From contig CAXBMO010000027.1 of assembly GCA_963977015.1 (NCBI GenBank), forward strand, positions 23,733 to 87,732: DNA of 64,000 nucleotides. The letters are read 5' to 3'. Numbering within the stretch: position 1 is the first letter of the stretch; each line of letters begins with the position of its first letter. Below are positions 50,155 through 59,900 of this stretch, in pieces. Both the position numbers and the translations under genes were made by a program. Origin of the DNA: an uncultured bacterium (GTDB lineage Bacteria > Verrucomicrobiota > Verrucomicrobiia > Verrucomicrobiales > DEV007). Under the pieces are notes generated by a model. The model had not been told where the DNA came from. It was given only the letters and a program-made list of their open reading frames with translations, and did no database searches.

Positions 50155-50303
50155 CGACTGCCGTTCAGCGCGAGGCTTGGTTTAAGATTTGCACGTTGGC
50201 TTCTGGTGCTTGGCCTTCTTTCCCTGAATCGATGCCGCAGTCTTGAATTCGAACAGGTAAAGCGGAAGGTGCCAAGTGATTGTTTCATGCCTAAGACTTT
50301 CCT

Positions 50304-50320
50304 AGCCTAATTCATGCCAA
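50304..50320 (-). promoter_or_regulatory. Possible sigma-54 (-24/-12) promoter upstream of the nitrate reductase-like gene
   Basis: Minus strand TTGGCATGAATTAGGCT has correct GG-N10-GC spacing but AGGC instead of the consensus TTGC. Confidence 0.3.
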
Positions 50321-50629
50321 CTCTGGAGATTATTGGGTTCTTTGCTTAGTATAATTTCGGGATTTTGCCCTGGATAGATGTAAAGCGTGTAAAATAAGCG
50401 CTTTGCGGGGGTGGGTTAGTATTACTGGCGCAGTGGTACAGTATGCTTACGTGAGCGTTCGATAGCTAGGTGTTACGAATGATCCACATAACCTGCACAC
50501 CAGTGAGCAAATCGTTGCCATGGTGTTTAAATCAACCGTTCCGCTGCCTATCTACTCCTGGTGGCGGCGGAGTCGCACTTGTTTCCGAAGCTCTCCCTGT
50601 CCATCAGCTGCACGTTCACGATACGGGCA

Positions 50630-52114
50630 CTAATTCTCCCAGACTTCGTAAATCAGGGTTGCCTCACCAAACTTCGCGGCGCTCGAAGTTGCTGCGCCAC
50701 GGGTGCTCAGCCGGTCGATGCGTTGCTCTTTTACGCTCTCAAAGAGTGTGCTGGCCCATCCCTGATTGTGGAGATCGGTGAACTGCTTCGTCGATGCGAC
50801 GGCTTTGAGAATTTCGCTTCCGTAGGGTGCGCCCATTTCAAACTCAAAACCATCTCCGGCGGTTGGAATCACCACGGGGGCGCCTTTCTTGATGAGATTG
50901 GTCGATTTTACCTTGTTGGGGAAAATCTGTAACACGTCACCTTCCGCGTTTTGGTAGTAAAGTCGCAGGTAACAATCCTGATCGGCGCTGACTCTGACGA
51001 CAAGTTTGTCTCCCGCTCGAAAGATGCGCTGGTTGGTTGAGAGTTCGAGCTTGATATCTCCCGTTGTAACCACGCCACTGTTGCTGACTACCGCATCCGC
51101 GTTCGAGCCTTCAGGAACGAAATTCACCGAAATCCCGCGGGCTTTTTCCGTTGAACTTTTGACCGGTGCATTGCCGGCCTTGCTTTGCACAAAGGTTGCG
51201 ACCTTGGTGCTGGAGGATGGAATCTCGAATTGGGCGTGTTGCTTCGATGCATTTCGACTGATGCGGCGAAGTTTTCCGACGAGGTCATCAACCCGGCGGT
51301 CGGTTGCCTTCCGCATGTCTCCGAAGGAAAGGTTGGGATTCGACCTCAACACCTCGCAAAGCGAGTAGGTTAGGACTCCGGCGGATTGTTTCTCGCTCAT
51401 TCCCAAGGCGGCGAACCGGGCGGCAGAGATTTCGTTGGCCAATTCCCCCGAACCGGATGCCGCCAGAACGTAGTGCTTGGGGTTGGAGCGGATTCGCGAA
51501 AAGAACTGATTTTCCTGCTTCTTCGGCAACGTCTTCTTCCTTTTTCCAAAAAAGCCCAAGGGCAGGCCTCGGGTTTCGGAGAATTCCGGCGGATCCGCCC
51601 GTGTTCCGGTTCCGGAATGGCAGCAATCCAGAATCACGAGTACGTTTGCCGTCGGAACGCGGCTCAGGAGATGGCGGATGATGTCGTCGGTCAGCCACGT
51701 ATTCGGTCTGGTTGGATCAATATCGTGAGGGCAGAGCGCCTCATCTTCGCCGTCAGACTCATCACCATTGAGGTCGGGCGTTTGTGAGCCGTGACCGGAA
51801 AAATAGAAAATCACGGAGTCGTTGGCCTTGACCCCGTTGATGAGATGCTGCTCAAAGGCGGACATGATCCCGGCTCGGGTTGCCGAGCGGTTCGTCACGG
51901 TGCGAATCGAACTCGCAGGAACGCCATAGGTGCTGGTGAGGAGGGATTTGAAGCGATTAACATCGTTCACGCAGCCACGCAGCGAAGGCACGGGATCCGG
52001 ATAATCGTCGATCCCGACGAGGAGGGCGTGAGTGGCTCCCCAACTATGGGAAACAAGGAGGCAGGCCAACGCGAAACCGAGTTTGGCACGGTTTAGAGGG
52101 TTTCTAAGCTTCAT
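50630..52114 (-). CDS. Exported caspase-family (C14, metacaspase-like) peptidase with C-terminal DUF4384 domain
   Basis: Signal peptide; ALLVGIDDY, LRGCVND, catalytic FSGHG and LDCCHSG; C-terminal GDKLVVRVSADQDCYLRLYY....QIFPN...APYGSEILKAVAS. Confidence 0.9.
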   Translation of the reverse strand: MKLRNPLNRAKLGFALACLLVSHSWGATHALLVGIDDYPDPVPSLRGCVNDVNRFKSLLTSTYGVPASSIRTVTNRSATRAGIMSAFEQHLINGVKANDSVIFYFSGHGSQTPDLNGDESDGEDEALCPHDIDPTRPNTWLTDDIIRHLLSRVPTANVLVILDCCHSGTGTRADPPEFSETRGLPLGFFGKRKKTLPKKQENQFFSRIRSNPKHYVLAASGSGELANEISAARFAALGMSEKQSAGVLTYSLCEVLRSNPNLSFGDMRKATDRRVDDLVGKLRRISRNASKQHAQFEIPSSSTKVATFVQSKAGNAPVKSSTEKARGISVNFVPEGSNADAVVSNSGVVTTGDIKLELSTNQRIFRAGDKLVVRVSADQDCYLRLYYQNAEGDVLQIFPNKVKSTNLIKKGAPVVIPTAGDGFEFEMGAPYGSEILKAVASTKQFTDLHNQGWASTLFESVKEQRIDRLSTRGAATSSAAKFGEATLIYEVWEN

Positions 52115-52162
52115 GGTTAGGAAGAGGGCAACAGGGATTGCTCAAATGTGGAGAAAGTCTCC

Positions 52163-52330
52163 CTAGTCAAGTCCGGCCCCGCTGCTGCGTCCCCAGGCAC
52201 CATAGCGCTGGTCCTGGCCCAGTCCTTTGCTGCCGTCGCCATCGTCCGCCCCGGTCGGTGTGGATTCGCATGACGTGAGAATGATGCCCGCAGCGAGCAG
52301 CGATAAGATTGTCCAAACAGCCTTTTTCAT
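52163..52330 (-). CDS. Small (55 aa) lipoprotein, below the ORF-track cutoff
   Basis: Manual translation: MKKAVWTILSLLAAGIILTSCESTPTGADDGDGSKGLGQDQRYGAWGRSSGAGLD*. It has a basic N-terminus, hydrophobic core and lipobox LTS-C, and fills the gap between two co-oriented genes. Confidence 0.8.
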   Translation of the reverse strand: MKKAVWTILSLLAAGIILTSCESTPTGADDGDGSKGLGQDQRYGAWGRSSGAGLD

Positions 52331-52363
52331 AATTGATAATTGCAGACGATCAGGAGCGCCATG

Positions 52364-55300
52364 TCAAAGGGATTCTGTCAGGGTCTTCAGCCGATCCTGA
52401 AGCTCAAGGAGGGGCGGCACGCCGGGTTCCGGCTTGAGCATGGCCGCGACAAGGGTGATCCCCTGCTTGGAAAAGGTCTCGATCAGGGGTTGCAGCGTGG
52501 GCGGCGCGTTGACAATCATTGCTTCAACCTCGCCCAATGCCCGGTTCAAAACCTGAAACGCGGTGCCAAAATCGACTTCCGGGTTTGCCTCAATCAATTC
52601 CGTAAACGTTTTCAGGCTGCTCTCGTAGGCGGCGACCACCGGCGCGTTGTCGTTGGTGAGCTTGTGGGCTTGGGCACGTTGGTAGTGGGAAATCGCGAGG
52701 TTGGAAAGCGTATCGGGTTCTCCAGGTTGCTCGGCAAGGATCTGTTCGAGCAACTTGTCAGCGGAATCGAGGCTTTGGAAGGCGCGACTGGCCTGTTCCA
52801 GTTTGATGAAGGCTTTTGCCTGATTGATCAGGCTGTCGGAAGCGCTGAAACGGGCAAAATCGGGCGCGCTTTTCTCGACCAGTTCCCACCGATTCACCGC
52901 GTCGTCGAAGGTCGCGACCGCCGCCTCAAACTCGCCGGAAGCTCGATGCGTTTCGGCAAGATCATGGGTCACCGATGCCAGTTTGCCGAGCAATTTGGGA
53001 TCCACCGTTTCGTCGCCGGCTTTTGCCACCATCTCATCTCCTTTCTCGATTGCAGAGGTGTAATACTCCTTCGCGAGATCAAATCCGCCGCCACTCTGAT
53101 GAAACCGGCCCAAATCAGCCAGACTGAGAAAGAGCGATTCTTGGATCGTCGCGATTTCTTCTGCCTGGACCGCCGCTTCCATAATGTTTTTCAGCCCCTT
53201 CTTGTGTTCTTCGAGCGCCTGTTCGTATTGCTCGTTCCGGGTCAGCGATTCCGCCAACAGGTGGTGGGTCACTCCCAGTTCACGACGCCAGATCGCGTTG
53301 CGCGGTTCGCGTTTCACTAGCGTGGAGAATTCGTCGATCGAGCGTTGCAGCGTTGCCGGCGCTTTCTCCGGTTCGGTCTGCTGAAGAATGCTCCCGAGCG
53401 CCGAATAGATCCGGGCGACGCGCGAAACGTTGCGAAGATCATTGGGATCCTGCGTCTCGATCACCTCCTTCGCAGCCGTGTAGTTTGCTGTCGCAGCTTT
53501 CACGTCACCGCCAAACAACGCGACCGAGCCGCGATGATCGAGCGCGTCGAATTTGATTTGGGCAAGCTCGGAATTGTCACCCACCTCATCGGCAATCGCG
53601 ATCGATTCATCATAGGCGATCATCGCTTCGTCAGGCCGATTGAGGTTGCGTTGGGTGTCGCCAAGAAAACGCAAGGCGAGGGACAGGAGTTGCCGAAACT
53701 CGACCGACTCCAGGTTCGATTTGTGAAGCCTCTCCAGCGCCGACACGCTGTCCATCAGGTATCCCTCAGAGTCGCTGACCTGATCCGGCAACTGCGAAAG
53801 CGCGTCCCCGAGCCAAAGTTGGGTCTCCGCGATGAGCCGCTCCTTCTCCTCCGGCGTGGGTGGTTCAAAGCGGGAGGCGGTCAGCTCCTCCAGCGTTCCC
53901 TGCAGATTTTTGGCTGCGATGTCGGCTCTTCCCAAGGTGCGATAAATCTTCGCCCGCGAAATTTCGAGGCGCACCCGGCTCGCGAAGGCATCCCAATTGC
54001 TCGGCGCCTCCTTTTCCGCATACGCATCGACTTTCTCGATCACGCCTTCCGCCAACTCGAGCCGTCCCGTGCTCTCCAGCTTCGACTGCAAATCCTCCAG
54101 CATGAACGAAATCAGTTGATCGGCATCGCCGCGTGCATCGACCGCCTCGTTCTTTTGGAACCACGCGAAAACTCCACCGGCAACGGCCGTGATGGTAAGG
54201 GCGCTCAATCCCGTCATCACCGCCCGGCGAACTCGGGTCGCGCGCTTTTGCCGGGCGAGGGCGTGATCCCGGGAAGCTTTGATGAACCCGCGTGCGGCCG
54301 CGTATTCGTCTCCTTCAAGCAGGTGCGGCGCATGATTCGCCAAACTCAGCCCCTCCTCCAGTTCCAACCCTTCCGGCAAGAGGAGCGAGGTATGCTCCTT
54401 GTTCGTCTTCCAGCGCTTCATCGCCTGCTCCACATGGGAGCGGATTCGCAAGTGCTCGCGGTTGGCGCTGACCCAGTTCGAAACCCGCGGCCAACGGCGT
54501 AACAACGCCTCGTGCGCGAGGGAAACCGTCGCCACATCATCGCCGCCGGCCGTGAGCAGGCGCGCTCCAATCAGCGCATCAATCAGAGCCTTGCGTTCCT
54601 TCGTATCGGCGAGTTTGTTCTTGGCGGCGCGACGCCGGGTCGCAAACGCTTCGGTATTGGCATCGACGGTCACGAGCGCGTGGAGCAAGCTGCCAAACGC
54701 GTCCTGCTGCTTTTGGGTAAGGCCGGTGAAGAGGTTTTCCGCCCGTTGGCTCAGCGCGCCTTCCAGCCCGCCCAGCGAATCGTAGACCTTGAACGTCAGC
54801 TCGTTGTCGCCGGTGCGATGCTCGTAGAGTTCCAGCAGCAGATCCTGGAGCAAGGGGAGGGTGTCCGGCTGCTTTTGCGCCTCTTCCAGAATTTTGGAGG
54901 AAAGGCGGAGTCCGCCCTGTTCCTGACTATGTTGCTCAAACTTGACTCCGGCCATTCGAGCCGGCTCCTCGATAATGCGGCGAAGCGCGTCCGGCCCCGG
55001 CGCGAGCAGATCAAACTGCCCGGTGTCCCCCTTGAGATTCAGAAAAATCTGGGATTGCTGCGCGATCGCGTAGAAGTCGCTCCGCATCGTCACGATGACC
55101 CAGCAACGTCCGCTTTGCGCGAGTTCGCCCAGGGTGTTGAGAAACTCCGTCCGGTCCTCGTCGCTGATGCGCTTGTCGGTGAACAGCTCCTCAAACTGAT
55201 CGATCACCAAAAGCAGCTTCACGGTTCCTCCCGCATTCGCCGAAGCCGCGTTCAGGGCTTCCAGCGCGGTCCCCGCGAGATTGGAGCGCAGTTTAATCTG

Positions 55301-56272
55301 CCACTCCGGCAAGGCCCCTTCCTCCTTCAACGCGTCGGTTAAGGCATCGAGAATCTTGCCCTCGGCCTGTCCCGGCATCAACACCGCGGATCGCCAGGCG
55401 GCGACCGATTCATCCAAATTGTACTTCGTCAGGTTCGCGCGAAGCCCGGCTCGCACCATCGACGATTTTCCGCTGCCGCTTGCGCCAATCACCGCCACGA
55501 ACGCGCATCCATCGACCGGGTCCGTCTCGCGCTGGCGCAGCAACTCCTCCAGCTTCCAAACCTCTTCCTCGCGCCCAAAAAAGATGTCGGTGTGCTCCAG
55601 GTCAAACGCCTCCAGGCCGCGATACGGCGCATCCATCCAGCGGGCGTGAAGCCGAACATCGCTTTCGTCGAGGTGACGGTCGATCAACTGGCGCAAATGC
55701 ACCTTCAGCCGCCCGGCAAAGTCCACCGGTTGTTGAAAGCTGTGATAGGCTCGCGTGTTGTGGCCCTGCTCATCGTGGAACATCTCCCCAATGAACTGCT
55801 CCACCATCGCGCGCTGGTGGACCATGTCCTCAAACTGGGCACGATCGGACTGAGCCGACAGCCGGCGGTTGTAGGAATCGTCGTCATAGCGGCGATAAAA
55901 GATCATGTCCGGGCGAGCGCCGCCGGTTGCCTCCGCCGCCATCAGCATCATGTCGAACTCGCGCTCCGTTCCGCTCCGATACGGGCTTCCGTCCGGCTTC
56001 GTGATTCCTCCCAAGGGCGAACCGAGCCGGCTCCAGAGAATAAACGCCGCGATGTCGATTCCCGCCTCATTGGAAACCACCATGTCCACTCCTTCCTGGA
56101 ATGAGGCGTTCGGCCCCAACGGCAAATCCTCCCACAAGACGGGCAGCAGCACCACCGCATCACCATACCAACGCTGCAGTTGCTCGATTACCAACTTTGA
56201 TTTTTCCCGCTCTTCCGCGACATCGCCGGGTGAACTGATGAATATGCGGATCGTCTTTGGTTCCATTTCCAT
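52364..56272 (-). CDS. NLR-like STAND NTPase: DUF4062/TIR-like effector, nSTAND1 NTPase, TM helix, TPR-like repeats
   Basis: RIFISSPGDVAEER...SGTEREF; PYRGLEAF....IFFGRE; Walker A GASGSGKSS; Walker B VIDQFEELF; LPLLQ; HEALLRRW; TM AVMTGLSALTITAVAGGVFAWF; helical repeats. Start 56272 or 56266, with GGAGG upstream. Confidence 0.88.
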   Translation of the reverse strand: MEMEPKTIRIFISSPGDVAEEREKSKLVIEQLQRWYGDAVVLLPVLWEDLPLGPNASFQEGVDMVVSNEAGIDIAAFILWSRLGSPLGGITKPDGSPYRSGTEREFDMMLMAAEATGGARPDMIFYRRYDDDSYNRRLSAQSDRAQFEDMVHQRAMVEQFIGEMFHDEQGHNTRAYHSFQQPVDFAGRLKVHLRQLIDRHLDESDVRLHARWMDAPYRGLEAFDLEHTDIFFGREEEVWKLEELLRQRETDPVDGCAFVAVIGASGSGKSSMVRAGLRANLTKYNLDESVAAWRSAVLMPGQAEGKILDALTDALKEEGALPEWQIKLRSNLAGTALEALNAASANAGGTVKLLLVIDQFEELFTDKRISDEDRTEFLNTLGELAQSGRCWVIVTMRSDFYAIAQQSQIFLNLKGDTGQFDLLAPGPDALRRIIEEPARMAGVKFEQHSQEQGGLRLSSKILEEAQKQPDTLPLLQDLLLELYEHRTGDNELTFKVYDSLGGLEGALSQRAENLFTGLTQKQQDAFGSLLHALVTVDANTEAFATRRRAAKNKLADTKERKALIDALIGARLLTAGGDDVATVSLAHEALLRRWPRVSNWVSANREHLRIRSHVEQAMKRWKTNKEHTSLLLPEGLELEEGLSLANHAPHLLEGDEYAAARGFIKASRDHALARQKRATRVRRAVMTGLSALTITAVAGGVFAWFQKNEAVDARGDADQLISFMLEDLQSKLESTGRLELAEGVIEKVDAYAEKEAPSNWDAFASRVRLEISRAKIYRTLGRADIAAKNLQGTLEELTASRFEPPTPEEKERLIAETQLWLGDALSQLPDQVSDSEGYLMDSVSALERLHKSNLESVEFRQLLSLALRFLGDTQRNLNRPDEAMIAYDESIAIADEVGDNSELAQIKFDALDHRGSVALFGGDVKAATANYTAAKEVIETQDPNDLRNVSRVARIYSALGSILQQTEPEKAPATLQRSIDEFSTLVKREPRNAIWRRELGVTHHLLAESLTRNEQYEQALEEHKKGLKNIMEAAVQAEEIATIQESLFLSLADLGRFHQSGGGFDLAKEYYTSAIEKGDEMVAKAGDETVDPKLLGKLASVTHDLAETHRASGEFEAAVATFDDAVNRWELVEKSAPDFARFSASDSLINQAKAFIKLEQASRAFQSLDSADKLLEQILAEQPGEPDTLSNLAISHYQRAQAHKLTNDNAPVVAAYESSLKTFTELIEANPEVDFGTAFQVLNRALGEVEAMIVNAPPTLQPLIETFSKQGITLVAAMLKPEPGVPPLLELQDRLKTLTESL

Positions 56273-56380
56273 TGGCCCTTGTGCCGCTCCTCCTATCTCA
56301 GGAAACGCCATTTCGGTCAAGGAGGAAAGCCCTCGCCCTCAAAGCGTAACCAATCGGAAAATCGCGGCGTCTTGGAAACT

Positions 56381-56917
56381 ATGACTGCGATCGTTCACAA
56401 ACTCTTCGTCCTCAGCCTCGTTTTTGGAGCGGTTTCCAGCCCCCTCGCCGCCGCCGAACGCACCGCGCAGGAAATCGAGGCAAACGCGGGCGAACTCGTC
56501 GGTCAACGCGTTACCTTGGACGTCGCCTGGCTCAAGCTCCTGCGTCACTCCGGCAACCGCAACCAGTACGCCGTCATCGCTGCCTACACCTGGGATGAGG
56601 ACAGCGAGCGCCTCGGCGGAACCATTCCCGTTGTTATCGACAGCGAAGGCGCGAAACGGTTGCTCTCGCGTTACGAAGCCAAGCCCGACGGCCGCCTCAC
56701 CTGGTTCAGTGGCGTCGACCTCGACACCAAACGGCTGTCTGGAACCCTTCGCCGCGGCGGTGAGGATCGCAATCTCTACATCGACCTCACCAGCGGCCCC
56801 TCCAGTCCAATTGGACTCAATCTCGCCAGCGAAATGGACGCCAAACGCAGCGAAATCGAGGCCAAAATCAGTGAGGCCATCGCGCAGAAGGTGGAGGAGC
56901 TGAAGAACAACAACTGA
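56381..56917 (+). CDS. Hypothetical exported protein
   Basis: Signal peptide MTAIVHKLFVLSLVFGAVSSPLAA and consistent codon usage; divergent from the STAND gene. Confidence 0.7.
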   Translation: MTAIVHKLFVLSLVFGAVSSPLAAAERTAQEIEANAGELVGQRVTLDVAWLKLLRHSGNRNQYAVIAAYTWDEDSERLGGTIPVVIDSEGAKRLLSRYEAKPDGRLTWFSGVDLDTKRLSGTLRRGGEDRNLYIDLTSGPSSPIGLNLASEMDAKRSEIEAKISEAIAQKVEELKNNN

Positions 56918-56933
56918 GTAGGAATAATGGAGG

Positions 56934-59900
56934 TTACGGGGTTTTGGGCAGCTCCAGTAGCTGATGCCCCGGAAGGAACCGTCCGGGCATGACAGGAAGC
57001 CCGCCGCGACCGACGAGGATGAAGCTGTTGCGCTGGCCGGGAATCTTGATCGTGCAACGCTCCTGAAGGTCGTTGCTTGAATCGAGCAGCGCGGCGTCGA
57101 GGGCGGCTTGAGCGGCACTCAGGTCGCTGAGGGCATCGATCCGGACTTCACCGTCCGTGCCGAAATCAGAGGAGGCGGTGATGCTGCTGTTGTTCTGAAA
57201 AAGGACGTCGCTGCCGATCTGGATGAAGCCGCCGGTGCCGAGAATCGCGTTTGCGCTGAGAATGCTGTTGTTAAGGAGGAGGAAGCGGGCGTCATCAATG
57301 ATGATGTTGCCGCCATCGCTGCCGGCCTCGGCAATGATTTGGCTGTTATCGAGCCGGATGGTGTCGGGCACGCGGATCTCGATGTTGCCCGCGTTTTGAC
57401 CGGCCCGTGCTGTAATGGAACTGCTGTCGAGGAGCAGGTTGCTCCCGCCGTCGAGAAAGATGCTACCCGCGTTAGTAAGCAGCGATTCCACGTTGATGGA
57501 GCTGCCGCTGCTCAGGATGATGTTGCCGACCGAGTCGATGTCGATGCTGCCCGCGTTGCCGGCTCCCGCGCTGCGCGAGCTGATCGTGCCGTTGTTGGAG
57601 AGGCGCAGGGTGTTGCGGCCAGTCACGTTGAGATCGATCGATCCGGCGTTGCCCGAACCGGTCGATTCGGCGAAGATCCCGGCTCCTGAGCCGCTGATGT
57701 TGATGTCGCGAACGGTGGCGGTGATATCGCCGCCACGCCCCGAGCCCGAGGTGCTCCCTCGGATCGACGATCCATTGAAAATGTTCAAATCGGTCAAGGA
57801 ACGCACGTTGATGTTTCCGGCGCGCCCCGATCCGGCGGTCTGCGCCTCGATCCCGCTGCCGTTGCCTGTCATGGTGATGCGATTCGCCCCAACCTGGACA
57901 CTGCCGCCCTGGCCGCTGTGCAACGTCGTCGCGCTGACATTGCCGCCGCTGCTCATCGCGATCTGTTTGGCGTTGAGCCGGATGTTGCCGGCATTCCCCC
58001 TTCCCCGAGAAACGGCTTCGATCCCTGCGCCGCCCTGGAGCAGAACGCGATCTCGAGCTGAAACCGTGATGTTGCCGCTGCTGCCGGAGCCGAGCGTGGT
58101 CGCGCTGACCCCGGCTCCGCTGTTCATGAAGAGATTGCCTGCCGCCAGACTCACGCTCCCGGCGTTGCCGGAGCCCCGTGTCTCCGCCTCGATCCGCCCT
58201 CTATTCCTCAGCGTCGTATTCCCCGAGGTCTGGACCGTCACCGTTCCGCCTTGCCCGGTCCCGGAAGTTGTCCCGCTCACCCCTCCACCATTCTGGACGG
58301 TCAGCGTAGCCGCTGTGATTCCCAAGGTTCCCGCATCACCGCTTCCTGCAGCTTCCGCCGAAATTCGGCCCGCGGAATCCACCGCGATCGTGTTACCCTG
58401 AACGGTAATGCTTCCCCCATGGCCGCTTCCGGAAGTGGTGGCGCTGACTCGGCCGCCATTGCGAACGGTCAGGAAACTGGCGACTGCCAAGTCGATGCTT
58501 CCGGCAGAACCCGTGCTTTGCGCCTGCGCCTCGATGACGCCTCCGTCAATCAACATGTCGCTAGCGTCGACGGCGACATTGCCTCCCTGACCGCTACCGG
58601 AGGTCGTTGCGCTCAGGCTGGCTCCACCGCCTAGATTCACCGCATTGGCCGTGACACTCACGCTACCGGCATCGCCGGCGCCACTCGTCGTCGATGAGAC
58701 GGAGCCATTACCAGTTATCGCCAAGGCGTCGGTAGTGATGTTGATCGTTCCAGCGTTGCCGGGCCCGGAGGTCCTGGTCGTGAGAAATCCACCGCTCGAG
58801 ATGTTCAATGCAGATGTGCCAATCAGGATATCGCCTGCATCTGCAGCCGTCTTGGTTTCTGAAGTCACAAAGCCGCCGCTGGAAATGTTCACCTCTCTTC
58901 CGCGAATGGAAACGGTTCCTGCCCGCCCCCTACTTGCGGTCTGTGTGGTGGAGAAACCTCCATCTGAGAAGGTGATAATGTTGCCCGTGAAGTTGACTTG
59001 GCCGGCATTGCCACTGCCGAGTGTTTGAGAAGTTACAAATCCACCTTTGGAGATGGTGAGTTGATTTCCCGACAAGGTTACGACTCCTGCTTGCCCCTCT
59101 CCTTCGGTGCGGGAATCAATCGCTCCCATTAGATTGGCCGTGTTGGCCACTATGTCGATTCGGCCTGCGTTCCCAGCCAACTCGCCATCGGGAACATATT
59201 CACCCGTGGTGAGGGAACGGATTTCACCCGTGGGTGCAAGGTTAAGTTCTCCAACATTCAACGCAACAGTCCCAGAGGTTCCGCTCGTTTCTGTTTGCGT
59301 GTCAATCGATCCCGAGACATCCAACCTTCCTCCACTAATGTGGATGCTCCCTGCGTTTCCCCAATTTGGCTCAACGATTCGCTTCGCGAGTTCACGAATT
59401 CTTTCATACTGCAGCGCGATAAGCACTTCTGTCGCGGTAAAGGAGTTCAACTGGCGACCGGCAAACTCAGGGTTATTATGGAATCCACCGGGATTTGCCA
59501 GTTCGGCGTTGATTGCATTAATAGCCTCGGAGGTGTCGACCGCGCCGAATTCTGCCAGTTTTTCTATCACTGCGACCCCGGAAAGAGCCGTCGATGAATC
59601 CACCACACCACTATTCTCCAATTCCTCAATCCTCAAGGCTGAATCAATCCTCTCCAGCCTGAAATCGGTAGGATCCAGGATTGTGTAGCCCAATTCTTCG
59701 AGGAATGCTGCGCCAGAATCGAACTCTCCGGACACCTGACCCAATGAAATGTTCTGAACAACGACCTCGGAGGTGGATAACACAGTGCCCCGGACTTCAG
59801 CATGATTCGCATTGATTGAAATATTTCCGGCATTGCCAGTCGAGCGGGTTCGGGAGTTGATTGTACCGTCTACAATCACTGACTGCGCTGCAGGTTGGGA

